Assembly (NCBI RefSeq): GCF_902459465.1
Contig: NC_047063.1
Coordinates: forward strand, 11,346,001-11,410,000
DNA: 64,000 nucleotides
Source: Asterias rubens
Taxonomy: Eukaryota
Direction of reading: 5' to 3'
A model generated the notes under the pieces. That model had not been told where the DNA came from. It worked only from the letters and a program-made list of their open reading frames with translations, and searched no databases. Positions 1 to 14,290 of the stretch are shown here, in pieces (position 1 is the first letter of the stretch; each line of letters opens with the position of its first letter). Both the position numbers and the translations under genes were made by a program.

Positions 1-10
1 GAAATGCACA

Positions 11-186
11 CTTTCCTGTATGCTTTAATTTTGAAAGGGCAAGGTCACCAAGGTATTTTCTCCTCTATAAAGGGCACCCTTTGAGGAAATGATAAATTTC
101 TACAGGAGCATTTCAAGGGCACTAAGGCAATGTCCAGGGGGTATGGAGGCAATCGCCTTTGTTGCCTCTGTGATGTATCAGGCCTG
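11..186 (+). mobile_element. MITE family A (CAGGCCTG termini, ~170-185 bp)
   Basis: Clearly similar to copies at 14.1, 18.3, 19.3, 22.2, 31.0, 35.3 and 49.8 kb; ends in caggcctg. Confidence 0.8.
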
Positions 187-2752
187 CACACATCATACGC
201 AAAGTGCACAGAGAAGGCCAGCGAGCAACCTTCTTCTGACCTCTATCAGAGGGCGCTCTGCTCAAACATAATATGTGCATAATTAAAGATCTATTGCCAG
301 GCCTCTCCTTAGCTGCTTTGATTTTTGTTCTCTCAATGCCCACCCATCCATACTCATCTAGTGAATTCCCATAGGAGAAATCACCATATCAATTTAGTAT
401 TCCACTCTGTTGACTGGCACTTAGAGAAGGTAACCCGAGTTGGCCCATCAGTGAATGGCTGGAGAGGGGTGGATGCCCCCATAATACCCTTAAACCTTAT
501 ATCAGGTTCCTTATTGTACAGGTTTACACATTATAAAATGAGAAAAAATTAATATTAGCCTAACTCCCTTTGTACATTGGAGACCATAACTCAGTATTTT
601 TACTGCAATTGCCTTTTAATCAATAGGGCCTATTGATGAATTAAAATAAACCATTATGAATTATAATGTACGCTGTATTGTGGTAAAACAAGATAAGAGT
701 TAAAACAAAATAATTTGAGTTCTTGTTCCATCACCTACAGAATGTATTAAGGAATATGGAATTGATAAAAACTTGGGCTAAGAAGAAGTGGGCCTACATG
801 GGTATCCTAAGGGGTGTCCACCCTACTTCAAATCAAGACGTCCTACTTCAACTTTGAATTCAGAGTATTGTAAGTCAGCAATTTTGACACTCTGCTTTTC
901 AATGAGCATCATATTTTGACACCCATTTCTAAGATTCAGGCCAACAATCTTGAATGACTTGGTCAAGATTGAGGTTAGTTTTCTTGTTTTGCTTTTCAAG
1001 TTACGACTTTCGCGATGCCTCCTGAACAGAGAGCAATATACTTCACGACCCCCTCATTCTGGATCTTATTTTCAAACAGTCCGGTTTTCAATTTTGATCC
1101 TCAACCGAGGCTTGCAAAAGGTTTCTCAAGTGTTATGCACCAAATTTAATCAAAGCAGAGCGGTGTAAAGTTTTTCCAGGCCTCCTGTATGTTATGAATG
1201 GGTTGCCGCTCCCCTTTGCCTTCTCATCAAATTGATCAGAGTTGACCTTCCGCACATGCGGATCTTTTCCAGCTTGAAATTCAACTCTGTCCACTCTCTC
1301 TTCTTACTAGTGAGAAGCCTGAGAGCCAATTTCTAATGCAATCAAAACAGACACTTCTGTCGGGAGGGATGTTTAGTTTATGAAATGATCACAAGCCATG
1401 GGGGTCAAGTAAATCTTGGAGTAGCTGTCCTCCGCAGTGATACGAATTCTCTTATGTTTGTGCTGTTAAAAAAAAAAAGATCGATAATTGTTTGTAAAAC
1501 AATTATTATTGCAGGAGGTAAAGTCCATCAGACTGCAGCCATTCTTGTGAGATGATTCAGTCATATTATATGTAAAGTAGGCTAGTTATTTGTAATGTAA
1601 GAACGAAATCTGAAGTTACAAGTTAAAATATGTACAACTGATAGAGTACAAACAAAGGTATAATAACATGGGGTGTTTTCCCATCAAAAAAATTCTCTTT
1701 TAAATGAATGATGATGACAAGTTTATCAGATGAACAAATAGAAATACATTTACACACAATGCATATTAATAGTAAGGAGATGATAAACTGGTTCAAGATG
1801 ATGTATGGCCTCGACTTTATTGACCTAGTAGCAAAGGAAAAAAAAAATAACCAGAAAATTATAACAAGTTGAGGATTAAACCAATATTGACACACACACA
1901 TACTGCAACCATAATAAAGCTTCATATCCCTCTATGATATACTAATTGATCTATAGTTGATTTGAGTGAGTATAACGCCCGCCTTGCCTTGCAAATATAG
2001 ACATACATGACTCATCTCATTATAGAAAATACCTGTCTTCAGTTTGAGTAAATATCCCAAGGTAATGAAGACGAGAAAAAAAACTTGCACACACAGATTC
2101 CCAAAATATTATGCCAAACTTCTTCTTCTTTCTGCTAAATTTAATAACCAGGTGTATGGTAATTTGCCGATGGGAGTTTAATGTGATAGAATGCAATGCA
2201 GCCAAGACCATTATTGAAAGGGACATTTAAAGCTGTTAAATTACACCACTACTATCTTATATAAAGTCATTATGTGCACCCCAAAAAATGTAATTGAATT
2301 TCAGAGATTGAGGAGAAAATGACCTTAGGTATGGAATTCAGACAATGCATGTAGTTTAATAATTATTTCATATAATGTAATTATTCTAATATGTCCCACA
2401 TAATTAGTCCCACACTTGATAGACTTTGAACACACTGAAAGAAATGCACATCAGTGGTTAAGGTTGATTACAGAGCATTTTGAAATGTATAAATGTCAAT
2501 GTGTAAATTTCAATTAAGGTGTTTACTCATGTACATTGACACATAAATTGCCCAAACGAAACTGTTACAGTGTCACACTTGTTTGTTATACATACTGTAC
2601 TGTATTGTGTTCAATGTACAAATGTGTGATGAGACGTAAAATTATTGAATGTCAACTTACTAAGCAAAGTAGTGTAAATAGCAAGACAAGTCCTCAAAGA
2701 ACAAAAAATCTACACAGCAAAACATGGTATTACAGCAATTTCAAATATACAT

Positions 2753-2896
2753 CAGGCCTGGCTTTGCCCCTGGTCTTGGCCTTGGTGCCCTTCAAAAGTT
2801 TGCCATTGACTTTAAGATTTTCCAATGGAAGTGCCCTTTGCAAAATGAAAACGGCCTTGCCCTTTCAACATGTTTAAAAATGAAATTCCTGGCATG
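2753..2896 (-). mobile_element. MITE family A, short variant A2
   Basis: caggcctg ... ctggcatg termini, flanked on both sides by TATACAT; related copy at 33860. Confidence 0.7.
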
Positions 2897-4607
2897 TATA
2901 CATTTATATAAACATTTATACGCTTTTTAAACAATATTCACAACTTATACTAAATCAAGTTATTTAAAACTTGAGCCTTGAGTCTTACTATAAACCAATT
3001 CCCTTAAACAAAACCAAATTCTCTAAACTTGTTCCCCCATAAAAGTCTACACAGGTTCAACATTCGTATCCTCCCTTTAAATGAAAGATTCCCACACAAA
3101 CTTACATGTAGGGCTAGGGTAGCGGGCCCCAAGATCCTTATTTAATTGGGTTATTCATTGACTTTAAACAAGTAACATGGGCACAGGGCACTATGGGAAC
3201 AGATTAATACTAGAGATATTTCCCATCGGAGGAATGACAATCATGGGACTGATGATGGGGAAAGATATATCCAGCAGTGAGATCTCTTAAAGGAACATTA
3301 CAGAATTGACGATGAGAAAACTTGTCTAAGATCACAGATTTACATAAAACTTACACGGTCTAATGATGATGATAGAAAACATCCTTTGAAATGTTTGTCT
3401 GAAATGTCATATTTGATGAGAAATAAATAAAACTGATTTCCCGTTTTGAGTTTGTCGCTCAGTGAGCATTTTATTCCTTTTTTTTTTTAATCGATGTCGT
3501 GCAAAATGTGTTGTCGTTTTTTCACTATTTTCTCGCGACCCATTTGGCGGATCAATCTCAAACTTCTGCAGGTTTGTCAGTTTATGTATGGTAGATTACA
3601 TAAAGTGCTTACACTGCCAGCAAAGCACAAAACAAACTGTAATGCTCCTTTAAGCATTCTAGCCCCCTTTGAGTATAGAGGCTCCATATGCTGTCTATTA
3701 TTGGCTCTTGAACTATTCTCGCTCAATATCAGAATCTTAGATTGGATAGTTATCGCCAACTGCCAGTCAAACTTGGGCAAATATTTCACCATCATTCTAA
3801 ATATTAAAGCAGTTATTTTGGCATTGTTTCATTCAAACTAAGGCCATTTGCTCCCTTTACCTTAATCTTTGCCATAGTGACTCCTCAAAATGTTCCCCTC
3901 ATCTGCAGTTATTTGTGATGGAAATTTCATGGCCTTGCCCTCCCTCCTGAAAGACAAATTGCCAAGCCTGGTGTAAATGTTTTATAGCACATTGAAAGGC
4001 TGCACTTTACACATTGCCAGTTCTTGTCTTAGTGGTGTTTGTTATTCAGGTCTTGACTATAGGCCTGTGGGTCTACAGAATGTTTAATCTTAAATGGGAC
4101 AGTTTGTACCCTTGTTTGTTTGTGTCAAACTGCCAGCAGTCAGGTTTGTTTTAAATTACCAACCCTCTTATGACCTACATGTAAACGGCAATTTATTCCA
4201 AGTAAAATGATAGCCTCCAATTTCATGAAATTAAACACGCTGGTAATGTAAAAATGACGGTTCAAATGGGCGTCACGCCCATTTGAAAGAAATCTAAAGA
4301 GATTGCCAATGAAACGCTATCCAGCAAAACACTTGATGTATACAAGTCTAGGTTAATTCATGAGAATGAAGATGCTACGCTTCACACCTTTTAATCCAAG
4401 CAATCAAACTGACTAGATCGGGTCATTAGACAAAATCAAGAAACCAAACTCCCCACTTGCACACATACTGGATGGTCCCTCCGAGGCAATGCAGTAATTA
4501 CCCAATAAAGGTACGTCACCAGTCTTGTGTAGTGCACGAAGCATTAAGCCAGGTTAATTTGTTTGCGCCGAACTCTCCTTATCCTCGTCTAAAACTCACA
4601 CGTTCTG

Positions 4608-4746
4608 TACAATATAATTGGTCCAGTATAATTGCTCCTGTTTAATCGCTCTACTAGTACTATTGGTCCAATATAATTGGTCCAGTACTATTGGTCCAAT
4701 ATAATTGGTCCAGTATATAACCAATCTAATAGTCAGTCCAATATAA
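4608..4746. repeat. 14-bp-unit minisatellite (CCARTAYWATTGGT-like)
   Basis: Repeated ccaatataattggt / ccagtactattggt units. Confidence 0.85.
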
Positions 4747-7700
4747 TATGTATCTGGATCATGCCTCTTGAGATTTCTACACGTCAACTGTTCTTGTGCG
4801 CAGGATAGAACAGAACTGATTGACATTTTATGAATTGAGGTTCTGTGTGCGATGACTCGGAAAATGTTTCAAGTCACTCCAAGTGAGAAACTAGAAAACA
4901 GGCTGTTGTGCAAATTGATTTGTTCTACTTCATTTGACGTCTCTATGTTTCAAGGAAATTATCATGGCTGCCTCAGTGTTATTTTAAAGGATGGATGATG
5001 CAAAGGAAATGAAGTGGGAAAGACACTTAAGTCGTTTCCAAATGTTCCGTGATCTGAAAATCTAATAGGGATAAAAAATAAAAAATAAAAATTATTATTG
5101 AAATGTGAGCCTAATTAATTATTCAGATGATATATAGTAACTCCAGGACCCAGTTTCAAGGAGCTGCTTTTTAAAAGCATACAAAGTTGCTAAGCACAGC
5201 AAAGTTATGCTTACCAGAGTAGTGTTTCTATCCAAACTACTGTGTCCTGTGTACAAATTGTGACTGTTATCCTGCTCAATTCTACTAAGCAAATAACAAG
5301 TCAAGCAATATTTTCTGCTTTAAAGACAACTCTTTGAAATTGAGCCCAGTCAGTACTCTAATTCTGTAAATGCTGAGTAATTGAAGTAATTATTTGATTG
5401 ATCAACCTTGCTCATCGGGGCTGGTGTAATTACATATCAACTTCAGATGTGTTACAGCCATCATTAGATTGGATACATACGTGTAGATACTGTAAGTTAT
5501 AACTTTGTTATCACGGGAGGGAAATGCAGCGTTTGTTTGTAAAACATGTAAGCGTACTTGGTTAGCCTACATTGTATACAATGGCATCAATAATGTTTAA
5601 TTCAGTAATGGGTGTTGTATTATGAGGATGCTGTCAGAGATCCTCTTGTTTATGAATTTGCAGGATTTGTTTGGTTTGATTGTAAGGAATAATACACATT
5701 TGTTGTTTAGAGTAAAGATATGTATTCAAAAAACAGTTTGAAAAGTACCTGTGGAAAGTGAATTGAATTGGTGCATGTTTTTTTTTTTTTTTTGGGGGGG
5801 GGGGAAATCATAAATAAAAGTAGTTAAAATGAATTATTCAGCATGTAACAGCAGAACAAATGTTGCCAATATCAACAGCCATTGCTTTATTTCCCTCAAA
5901 TAAATGACAAACGGTTAAGCAACTGAATCCCTGTGACTGACGTTCTTTGGATTGAATGAAATGGACCTTAAATAATATTTCCTGTAATCTGCATAGTATA
6001 CAAAAAGGGGGACAGCAGGGTTAATCCCTAACACACGACACTATACACAATGCATCATGTCCCACCCCGTGTATTTATTTATGCAAACTGTGACCCCTCT
6101 ATGCTTTCAACTCAAATTGACATTCTCCGTGACCCTACATAATAAATTCATATTCTGTAGACCGCAATGATTTTGTATAGTAGTGTGGGACCATGGTTAG
6201 GGACTGCCATGGTAGGTTAGGACTGCCATGGCCGGTGAGGTGCTCGTAAATTCAGGGTCATTTATAATTCATTGAGTATTTTTTTCAAATACAATCTCAT
6301 GGTTCTCCCCAGGTAAAAAAAAAAAAAAAAATGGGGGGAATTCTTGAACCCTAATTTTGGATGGTTGTGCTAAGCACACTGAATTGGAACAAGGTCTTTG
6401 GAATGCTTTCTACTTAGCGTTTATCTTGCTTTTAAAGCCATACTGTGCAATCTGGAGCGTTCTATGTTTGGTTTTTCTCTTGATATTTATTTTTGTGTTT
6501 GACATTTTTTAGTATGTATTATAATATCTAATTATAACAGAATTTGAAGATGCACGTCTATGAGCATGCTGGCAGAAGGATACATGGCTAGACATTAACT
6601 GACAGATCATCCACACGTTTACATTTTTTTATGATTCAGATAACTTGTAGTTCTATTTGTGTGATAGCATTCAAGAATGATTTTCTATTAAAGTATAAAG
6701 CGGACAAATTCTTTTCCCCTTTTTCAGCCTAATGAAGGGTGGAAAGATCGTTGAAGATCAAAAGGTCTGCAGTGCATATTGCATTGCATGGATTGCTTGC
6801 CATTCAAGGCCAAGACTTGGTTTTTCCTTCCAAACCAAGTCCTAACACAGTATACAGCCCGAGACATAGTATAATTACTAGAGTAGATGCACGAGGTGAT
6901 GACAATCCCATACTACCAGCATCTGTTTTTGCAACCAGTAACATTCAGGGGTCTCTAGTATTAAGGTTGTCACATATGATCAGATACCAGTGCCCCATTA
7001 TGACGCCCGTCACCTGTCAGACTGCATCATAATCATAGCACTCCATCCAACCCCACATATGTTTTTCGTGTACATGCCGTTGAGCGTGTCACACCTACCA
7101 ATGCCCTGTGATTTTTTTTTGTCAGAAAAGATCCAATAGGGAAAAAAGAGCATCTGCTAGTAGTACATACAATGTATATGATGTGCCTTAGCAAAGATAT
7201 AACCAAGGTCAAAGTACTTTTATGTACTGACTAGATTAAAAACCCACACAAACTGAATCCGTTCTTATGTAGAAATTTGTGCAGGAATTGCACGGAATTA
7301 AAAACGCTTTAAATTCATATATAACATGTAGGCCCTACCAATTTTTAAATAACACATCTATCTCTAAAACAAATTGTGGGGTAAATTTATGTTATTTCAT
7401 TTTGGTTGGGCTATTTTAAGTGGATGTCTATTTTATAAGCAGAGTGTTTTTACACAACTTCTAAAAGAAAAACAAAATGACGGGCGCAAACATTTTGAGG
7501 CTCACTCTTCACTGTTCGGATAAAGGGCAATAAAAAACCTATTCAGCTTTTTCCCAAACCCCATTTATCTGACAGTATGGATTGTGGAGCGTTGATCCCC
7601 TTATTATGAATATGAAATGATATTGATGGAACGCTGAAACATGAATCATCCCTTTAAAACACATCACCCAGAGCCATCTGATTGCTAAATTGGCATGTTC

Positions 7701-10578
7701 ACCCAACTGTATCCTCATTAATTCTTAACTCAAGTAGTGCAGACAAGTACAGTTGTACATTATGCCATGTTTCATATTATGGTTTCATGGTGCACAAAGA
7801 GGTCAGTGGCCCACGGCTAAATTCACTGGCCTCAGGCCTGTCTGTTGGAGGTTAATGGCAAAAACTGAAATTTATTTAACCCCTATCAATGAACCCTGTG
7901 TGTTTCTTTGTTCAAACTATTCAGACTAGTCACACTCTCAAGTTGTTCCTTTTCTTCAAACAACGGGCTAATAAATATAAGTTTATATTAAGTGGAATTT
8001 TTTTCACAATGCAAATTTAGCTACATTTTTTCTTGCTTGGCATAATTTCAGTTTATATTGAAATTTTGGCTATGAACTGAAAGTTCAACAGGTAATTTTT
8101 TACATTTTAATGGAAGTTTAATTAGCAAAGAAAATATAAATATTTTTATCCAAATTATCTTGAATGTGCACGTATGTAGCCTAAGCTTTTTGTCTTTCAA
8201 CACATACATGTATGCATCAGATATTAAGCCATGTGTTGTCACAGTTCCAACTCATATGCAAGCCTTAGATATTTGGTTTACACAGTGAACCACTGAACAA
8301 ACACCTTCCAATGTATCAGTATAGGTTCGTCTGTCATCTGCCGTACATGTAGTTTAATTTAAAATATCCAAAAACAAAAAACAAATCCACAGCGTAAAGT
8401 CAACACATCCGATCTCAAATGACGCCATGTCATAGTGATAAATGCTACACACTGAGCTGTCTGCCATATTGTTATAATCAGGAAGCCTCAACTCCACCTA
8501 CAGCCTCAGATTTCTCCCTTTGAGAATGAGGATGAGATCATGTATGGTATCCATAGAGACAACCTCATACCCGCGCCCTAATCTTGCACTTTCCCAGTAA
8601 ACATTCTTTATGCGGTCATGTCACATGAAAACAAAAAAATCTAACAGAAGCCTAAATTGAAAAAGAGAGACAAGAGGACACAAGAAGACGCTGGTTTTCC
8701 CGCCGCTGGGAGCGCTTAACGTTCTGAATGGTCAATACACGCATGCAGGTTCAACGTAGTGATGCGTGGTTGGAGAGAAATGCCCGGGGCCTTTTTGAAT
8801 AATTTGGCAGTTGTCATGGTTGTTAGAATTTAATGGTCAAAGTGACGTTTTAAGTGATGGACACTATTGGGTTGGAATAGTGGCTCACTGACCTTTCCAG
8901 TAGTGAGATTGAAATATGACTCTTGATGTCAAGTTACCTGTTTGATCTTCAATGCATTTGCATTTTTTTTACAAGGATATTAGCCATACCTCTAACGCAG
9001 ATTATGAACATTAAAATTCTGGTTCTAAAATGCATTAGGGGACGAATGGCTTCATATAAGAAAGGTTTCAGAGGAATTTACACATAATTATTTAATCTAC
9101 ATATTCGAATGTGTCCAAAATATATCAAAATATGTTCTAAATGGAATCCTTGTCATTAAGCTGGATCTCAAATACCATTGGTTGATTTGACTGATTTTAT
9201 AGCTCAATGCTACCTTCTTTAGAAGATAATTCATGTAAATATAATGCTCTTACATACACTTATAATTCCTTCCTAAAGTGACACTTAAACTTAATATTAT
9301 CAACTTCACCAATATCTGTGTGTAATTAACAAACTGTACCCCAAGTATGTTCACTGTATCCCATTTATAATCCGCAAGTACAGTATCCATCACATCTTAT
9401 CCATGCAAATTAGCTTCATAATTTTCTTTGCCTAGCACCTAAATCTTAGCTCAAAACCAATAATCAGCTTGTAATGTGATGTCATCACCGTCAGCGGATC
9501 TGACTTGCAACCCCCCCAACCTCCCCAGCCCCAAAGCATGAACATTTCATGGCTCACATGACCTGGACACCTTCCCCCCCACCAGGTGCAAGCATTGTTA
9601 TTAAAGTCAGCGGTCGGTATATTACTACGTGCCTGTGCATTGTTGGCTAGATGTAGGTTCCCCTTAGGCCCAAGAAACGGCACACTTCATAATAATACAG
9701 TACTGATCAGTCACTTGGAAATCGTCTTCCTCATTTTTTCTCCCCTATCTCCCTATAAGGCTTTCCCTGAATCAATTGCGGAGGATGTGGACCCGCATGT
9801 AATATTCTCATTTGGGGAAGTAAAAACCTGCCTCTAAAATGATGGACGGAACTTTTCTGTTTTGCCTTTCATCTCATCGATGGCTATCTAACTTCTTTGG
9901 CAAGATGGGGAATCTTAAATGGTGCAGCAAAAATTGACCCCTGGCCATATTTTTCTCTCCGCGCAGTTCCTGAAGGGCCTTCTTTCACATGAACATGCCC
10001 TGTGGCTGGAGCAAGGCTTTAAAAAACGTCAGTTCAATTCTCTGGGAAAAACAAGAACTGAAATATTTAAAGGACTCGTGAGGTTTCTTTTGACTCTATA
10101 CTGCTGGTTTTCCACTTGAATGAATCCTTATTCTTGAGTCTGACTGCTCTGGTTACTATGGTATTAGCAACTTGGGTAATTGTGATTAAAACTGATATGA
10201 CCCTTTTTTATATGACCAATGTCGACCGAGTAGTAACTGTTTTGTTATAGCTTTGCTCATTAGCTTGAGCTTATTATGTTAAGGCGCATTTTGCAAAATG
10301 GAGTTGGTCTCAAAAATTGGATATACCATGCTATTGTTGTGCTTAGAAAATGAATGTCTTGTACGTGTTATTGCATTATTTTGCTTACCATGGACATTTG
10401 TTTTTGTGATGACACAAAGTGTACATATCTGGTGATTAATAAGTGTGCTTAATTGAACTCAATTTTCCAATATGTTTCTGAGCAAACTTGATGCTTCTTT
10501 TGGACTGTCAAACTTGGTTTCTTTTAAAAAGTTTTACTTATTTACTAAATATTTCCATTTGTTTTTGTTTGTTTGTAG

Positions 10579-11226
10579 ATGGTCTGAATACAGTGACAGC
10601 TCAGTGTACCTTCCATCTGACCATGATCACAGAGAAGCTTCTGTTCAGCAGCATCACCGTCCAGCTCGAGAATCTCAACTCCCAGGAGTTCCTGACTCCA
10701 AAGATCAACCGTTTCATCGACGCCCTCTCCAACATCATTCCAACGCAACGCAACATGGTCTATGTCTTCAGCATCAAAGACCATGATCTAGTGACAGGCC
10801 CTCCAATCCTCAACGTGTCCTTTGCCGCCCAACATCAGGACGGGACCTTCTTCACGTCGCAGTACCTCCAGGAGAGGGTATACCTGATGCGAGCGACACT
10901 CTCGGAGGTCTCGACAGCGACTGTGCTCCCGTTCGGCGACAACCTTTGCCTTTATGAGATCTGCAGTGGGGAGGACTATGAGCTGTACACCCGTTGTCTC
11001 TCTCCTCTCTCGTTCTGGAGCTCGTCCGGTTTTATAGCAACGCAGACGGTCATCTTCCGTTCCATTCATCCAGAGACTCTGTATAAGTGCGAATGTCCGC
11101 CGGGGTTCACTGGAAACTACTGTACAACAGAGATCAACTACTGCTACTCCAACCCATGCAGCAGTAATGGCCAGTGTGTACAGAAAGAAGCTGGGTACAC
11201 CTGTGTTTGCAAGGAGAACTTTGCAG
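10579..11226 (+). CDS. CELSR: CELSR exon (648 nt, phase 1-1): end of cadherin region, membrane-proximal domain, EGF1-EGF2 (DGLNTVTAQC...PFGDNLCLYEIC...CYSNPCSSNGQC...CKENFAG)
   Basis: Acceptor tttgtag|AT, donor G|gtaggt. Lies within ORF 10488..11291 and carries motifs typical of CELSR/Flamingo. Confidence 0.95.
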
Positions 11227-12006
11227 GTAGGTATTTATTGTGTAAAACTGTCTGCCATGCTGACTTGATTTCTGAATGTTTCTTCTTCTAAATATGTTTG
11301 AAACCCTTTTCGTGGATGGTATTTAGTATCTGTCTTAAGATACTTGAATAGAAAGTTTGTGTAAATGCAACAACACAATGAGAGACTCGTCTTTATTATG
11401 AAACTGCACCCATGCAGTCCTTAGTCATTGTTATTGACTACTAAAAACGGTATGGCAAATCATTAGCACTCAGGCTATACATGTAGCTGTCATGGCTCCA
11501 TTAACTAAACTTCATCATTATCCTGCAGATAAACTGACCTGGGAGAGAACATGGTTCAAATAAAACCTTAAAAAAAAACCCACTAAGACTCTTATATCAA
11601 CTGAGCAACATCTTCTGAAATAAAAACCCTAAATTGCCAGCATATGTTTCCTCTTTTTTTTTCTTTCTCCGACCTCAATCTGATATCAGAAAACCAATCA
11701 TAGCTTCAGTTGCAACCAGCATCTTGACCAATCAACTGCACTTATTCGTGTTCCTCCCTTTACCTGCTTGAGTTACCACGTCAAACTCAGACCCTCCTAA
11801 TCACAATGCCTTTCTGCCCCGTACACGGTCAAATTTCATCCGCTCGCGAAACTTAAGACGGTAAACATGTAGCAAGTGTGAGACCTACTCGACTCCCTAG
11901 CTTGGAGGCTCTTCTATTCACCGCTCTTTTTTTCCCTCTTGAACGTGACCATGGCTTTTCCACAACAGCTCAACGTTTTTAGCCCGACTTCCTGTATTAC
12001 ATTGTC

Positions 12007-12272
12007 NNNNNNNNNNNNNNNNNNNNNNNNNNNNNNNNNNNNNNNNNNNNNNNNNNNNNNNNNNNNNNNNNNNNNNNNNNNNNNNNNNNNNNNNNNNNNN
12101 NNNNNNNNNNNNNNNNNNNNNNNNNNNNNNNNNNNNNNNNNNNNNNNNNNNNNNNNNNNNNNNNNNNNNNNNNNNNNNNNNNNNNNNNNNNNNNNNNNNN
12201 NNNNNNNNNNNNNNNNNNNNNNNNNNNNNNNNNNNNNNNNNNNNNNNNNNNNNNNNNNNNNNNNNNNNNNNN
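12007..12272. other. Assembly gap (266 N)
   Basis: Run of n. Confidence 1.
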
Positions 12273-12509
12273 TTTTGATGGGACGTTTCTTTGATAGGGA
12301 CGATACTGTTTTTTTTGTGACGTGGTCGTTTGATGTAATCATCAAAGTGTCTGCCTGTGTTTTATATAATTGCAGTACTGTAACCTGATCTTTGTTATGA
12401 GAAACAAGGTAGATGCCTTTCAGTGATGAAAATGAAAGTATTTTTTTCCCCTTGGGTTTTGCAATCTCGGTGAAAGCCTTCAAATGATTTATTAAAAGGT
12501 AGTTGACAC

Positions 12510-12665
12510 TTTACATCAGGGATAAAGAATATCATTTTGTTTTGTTTTACCCATATACACCGACACTGAATGTGTATTAGCACTGTGGAAAAATCACATT
12601 ACTCGGGTGAGATTCAAACTCACGACCTTTGCAATACTAGAGCAGTGTCTTACCAACTAGACACT
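12510..12665 (-). mobile_element. tRNA-related repeat family E copy
   Basis: Minus-strand ctagttggtaagacactgctctag...gtgagtttgaatctcacccgag; shared end gggtaaaa...atccctgatg. Confidence 0.7.
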
Positions 12666-14122
12666 GTTAAGAATGTTTTCTTCTGCGTGAATCGTATTTT
12701 TTTTAGCTACTCTGGTTGATACATCAGGTCAACTTACAGCTATTTTGGGTGAAACATTGAGCCATTTCTAGTTGGTGCGAGACCAGTCTTTTAACTTTCT
12801 GCTTGATAACTTCAAACTAAACGCTGCAGTTTAACTGATGTCATACATGCATCAGGGATCAAGAATATTTGTTTGTTCTAACCTTGCACCTATATCTGAT
12901 AACACTTTTAATTTATGCTGCCGAAGTCTCACCAGAGAAACAATTCACAGACTATTTTTCTGACTTGTTTTTTTGTTGGTGTCAATTGAGCCCTACCAAG
13001 CTGGACATGTTTGAAGGCTGATGGCACGTCACCATGTCTTTTATTTATCTGGCTTCGTGATTAAGTTATGATAGGTGCACATTCAGTAGTGGGAAGGAAT
13101 TAAGTTGATGCTTAGCATTAAGTTGATGCTTAGTAGGTCCTCAGACGCTGCCACAAGCAGCAGATTAAAACCCTACAAGTGAAAGACAGAATTGAGGCAG
13201 AAGTGGTCCATTCTACATTTTCTAGAGAAACTTGTTTGAAAGAATGTCCTTGTTCGTTATTAAAGCACCCATGCATATTGTAATGTACATTGAACATTCG
13301 TGACTTTAGTGACTGACTACTGTTTTAAAAAAAAATTATGGAGAGTTGGCAACCGCAAGGCCGTAAAAACAGGCCATTTATGGTGAGGGTCAGAAGAGAG
13401 GAAAGGTGATAGAGGAAATCATAAAGTAGAAAGATAATTATCAATGTTGTGTTTGGATACTTGTGCAATAGATAATGGTGTATCAACTGAGATCCTTTTT
13501 CTGTAGGATCAATGTTGATATGTGTAATAACATCTATGGTTTCGAGTTTATAAACTGTGCAACTTGCAGTTTGGACATTTGTTTATAAATAGAATATATA
13601 CGAGTGGATAAAGGCATTGGTTTAATGTGTTTCTCAAAGGGCTTATCAGTGTTGATAAAAGGGAGAAGAAATCAGTCAATTTGGTAAAAAGTTTAGTATG
13701 ATTTAGGAAGAAGAAAGAGCAGATAACTTTTCAGGTATACGGTACATGTACGGTACCTGTCAACTTTATATATACCTGCAGCTAGTTACAGGAACTGACT
13801 ACTGTACTTTGATGTTGAGTTCATCATTTACAAGTAATGAATCTGTGCAGGGTACACCTATACTTGTGTCTTATGGAAATGCATGTGCATAAAATCACAG
13901 TTACCCCAGATGCAATGAACCACTACGAACATTTAGAGTTCATGTAGAAAAAGGGGGGCACATGTCTGTATGAAGAAATCAAGTAAAGAATGCCTGTGTG
14001 TCTGCCAGACATGAGGGAGACACTAGTAAATCTTGGGATTCGTAATGCTGCTCATCAGTAAGGAGCAATGAGACAACCACCACGAAGGAGATCCCATGGG
14101 GGTTCAGTCAGGTCATGATATA

Positions 14123-14290
14123 CAAGCCTGATACTTCATTGGGGCACGGAAGGCGATTGCCTGGATGCCCCTGGTCTTTGCCTTGGTGCTCTTGAAATGC
14201 TCCAGTAAAAATTTGGTTTTCTCAAAAATGGGTGCCCTCTGCTAAGGAAAAAATTCCATTGTGCCCTTGCTCTTTTAAAAAAAAAAAACG
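14123..14290 (-). mobile_element. MITE family A copy
   Basis: gcccctggtctttgccttggtgctcttgaaatgctccag core. Confidence 0.75.

Noticed and set aside
4608-4746. Possible CRISPR-like array
   Set aside because: No unique spacers; it is a 14-bp tandem minisatellite in a eukaryotic intron.
11231-11236. Second GT donor 4 nt downstream of the 11226 donor
   Set aside because: Weaker consensus, and it would frameshift; such tandem GTs are common.
11914-12483. 189-aa and 149-aa ORFs
   Set aside because: Artefacts of reading through the N gap.
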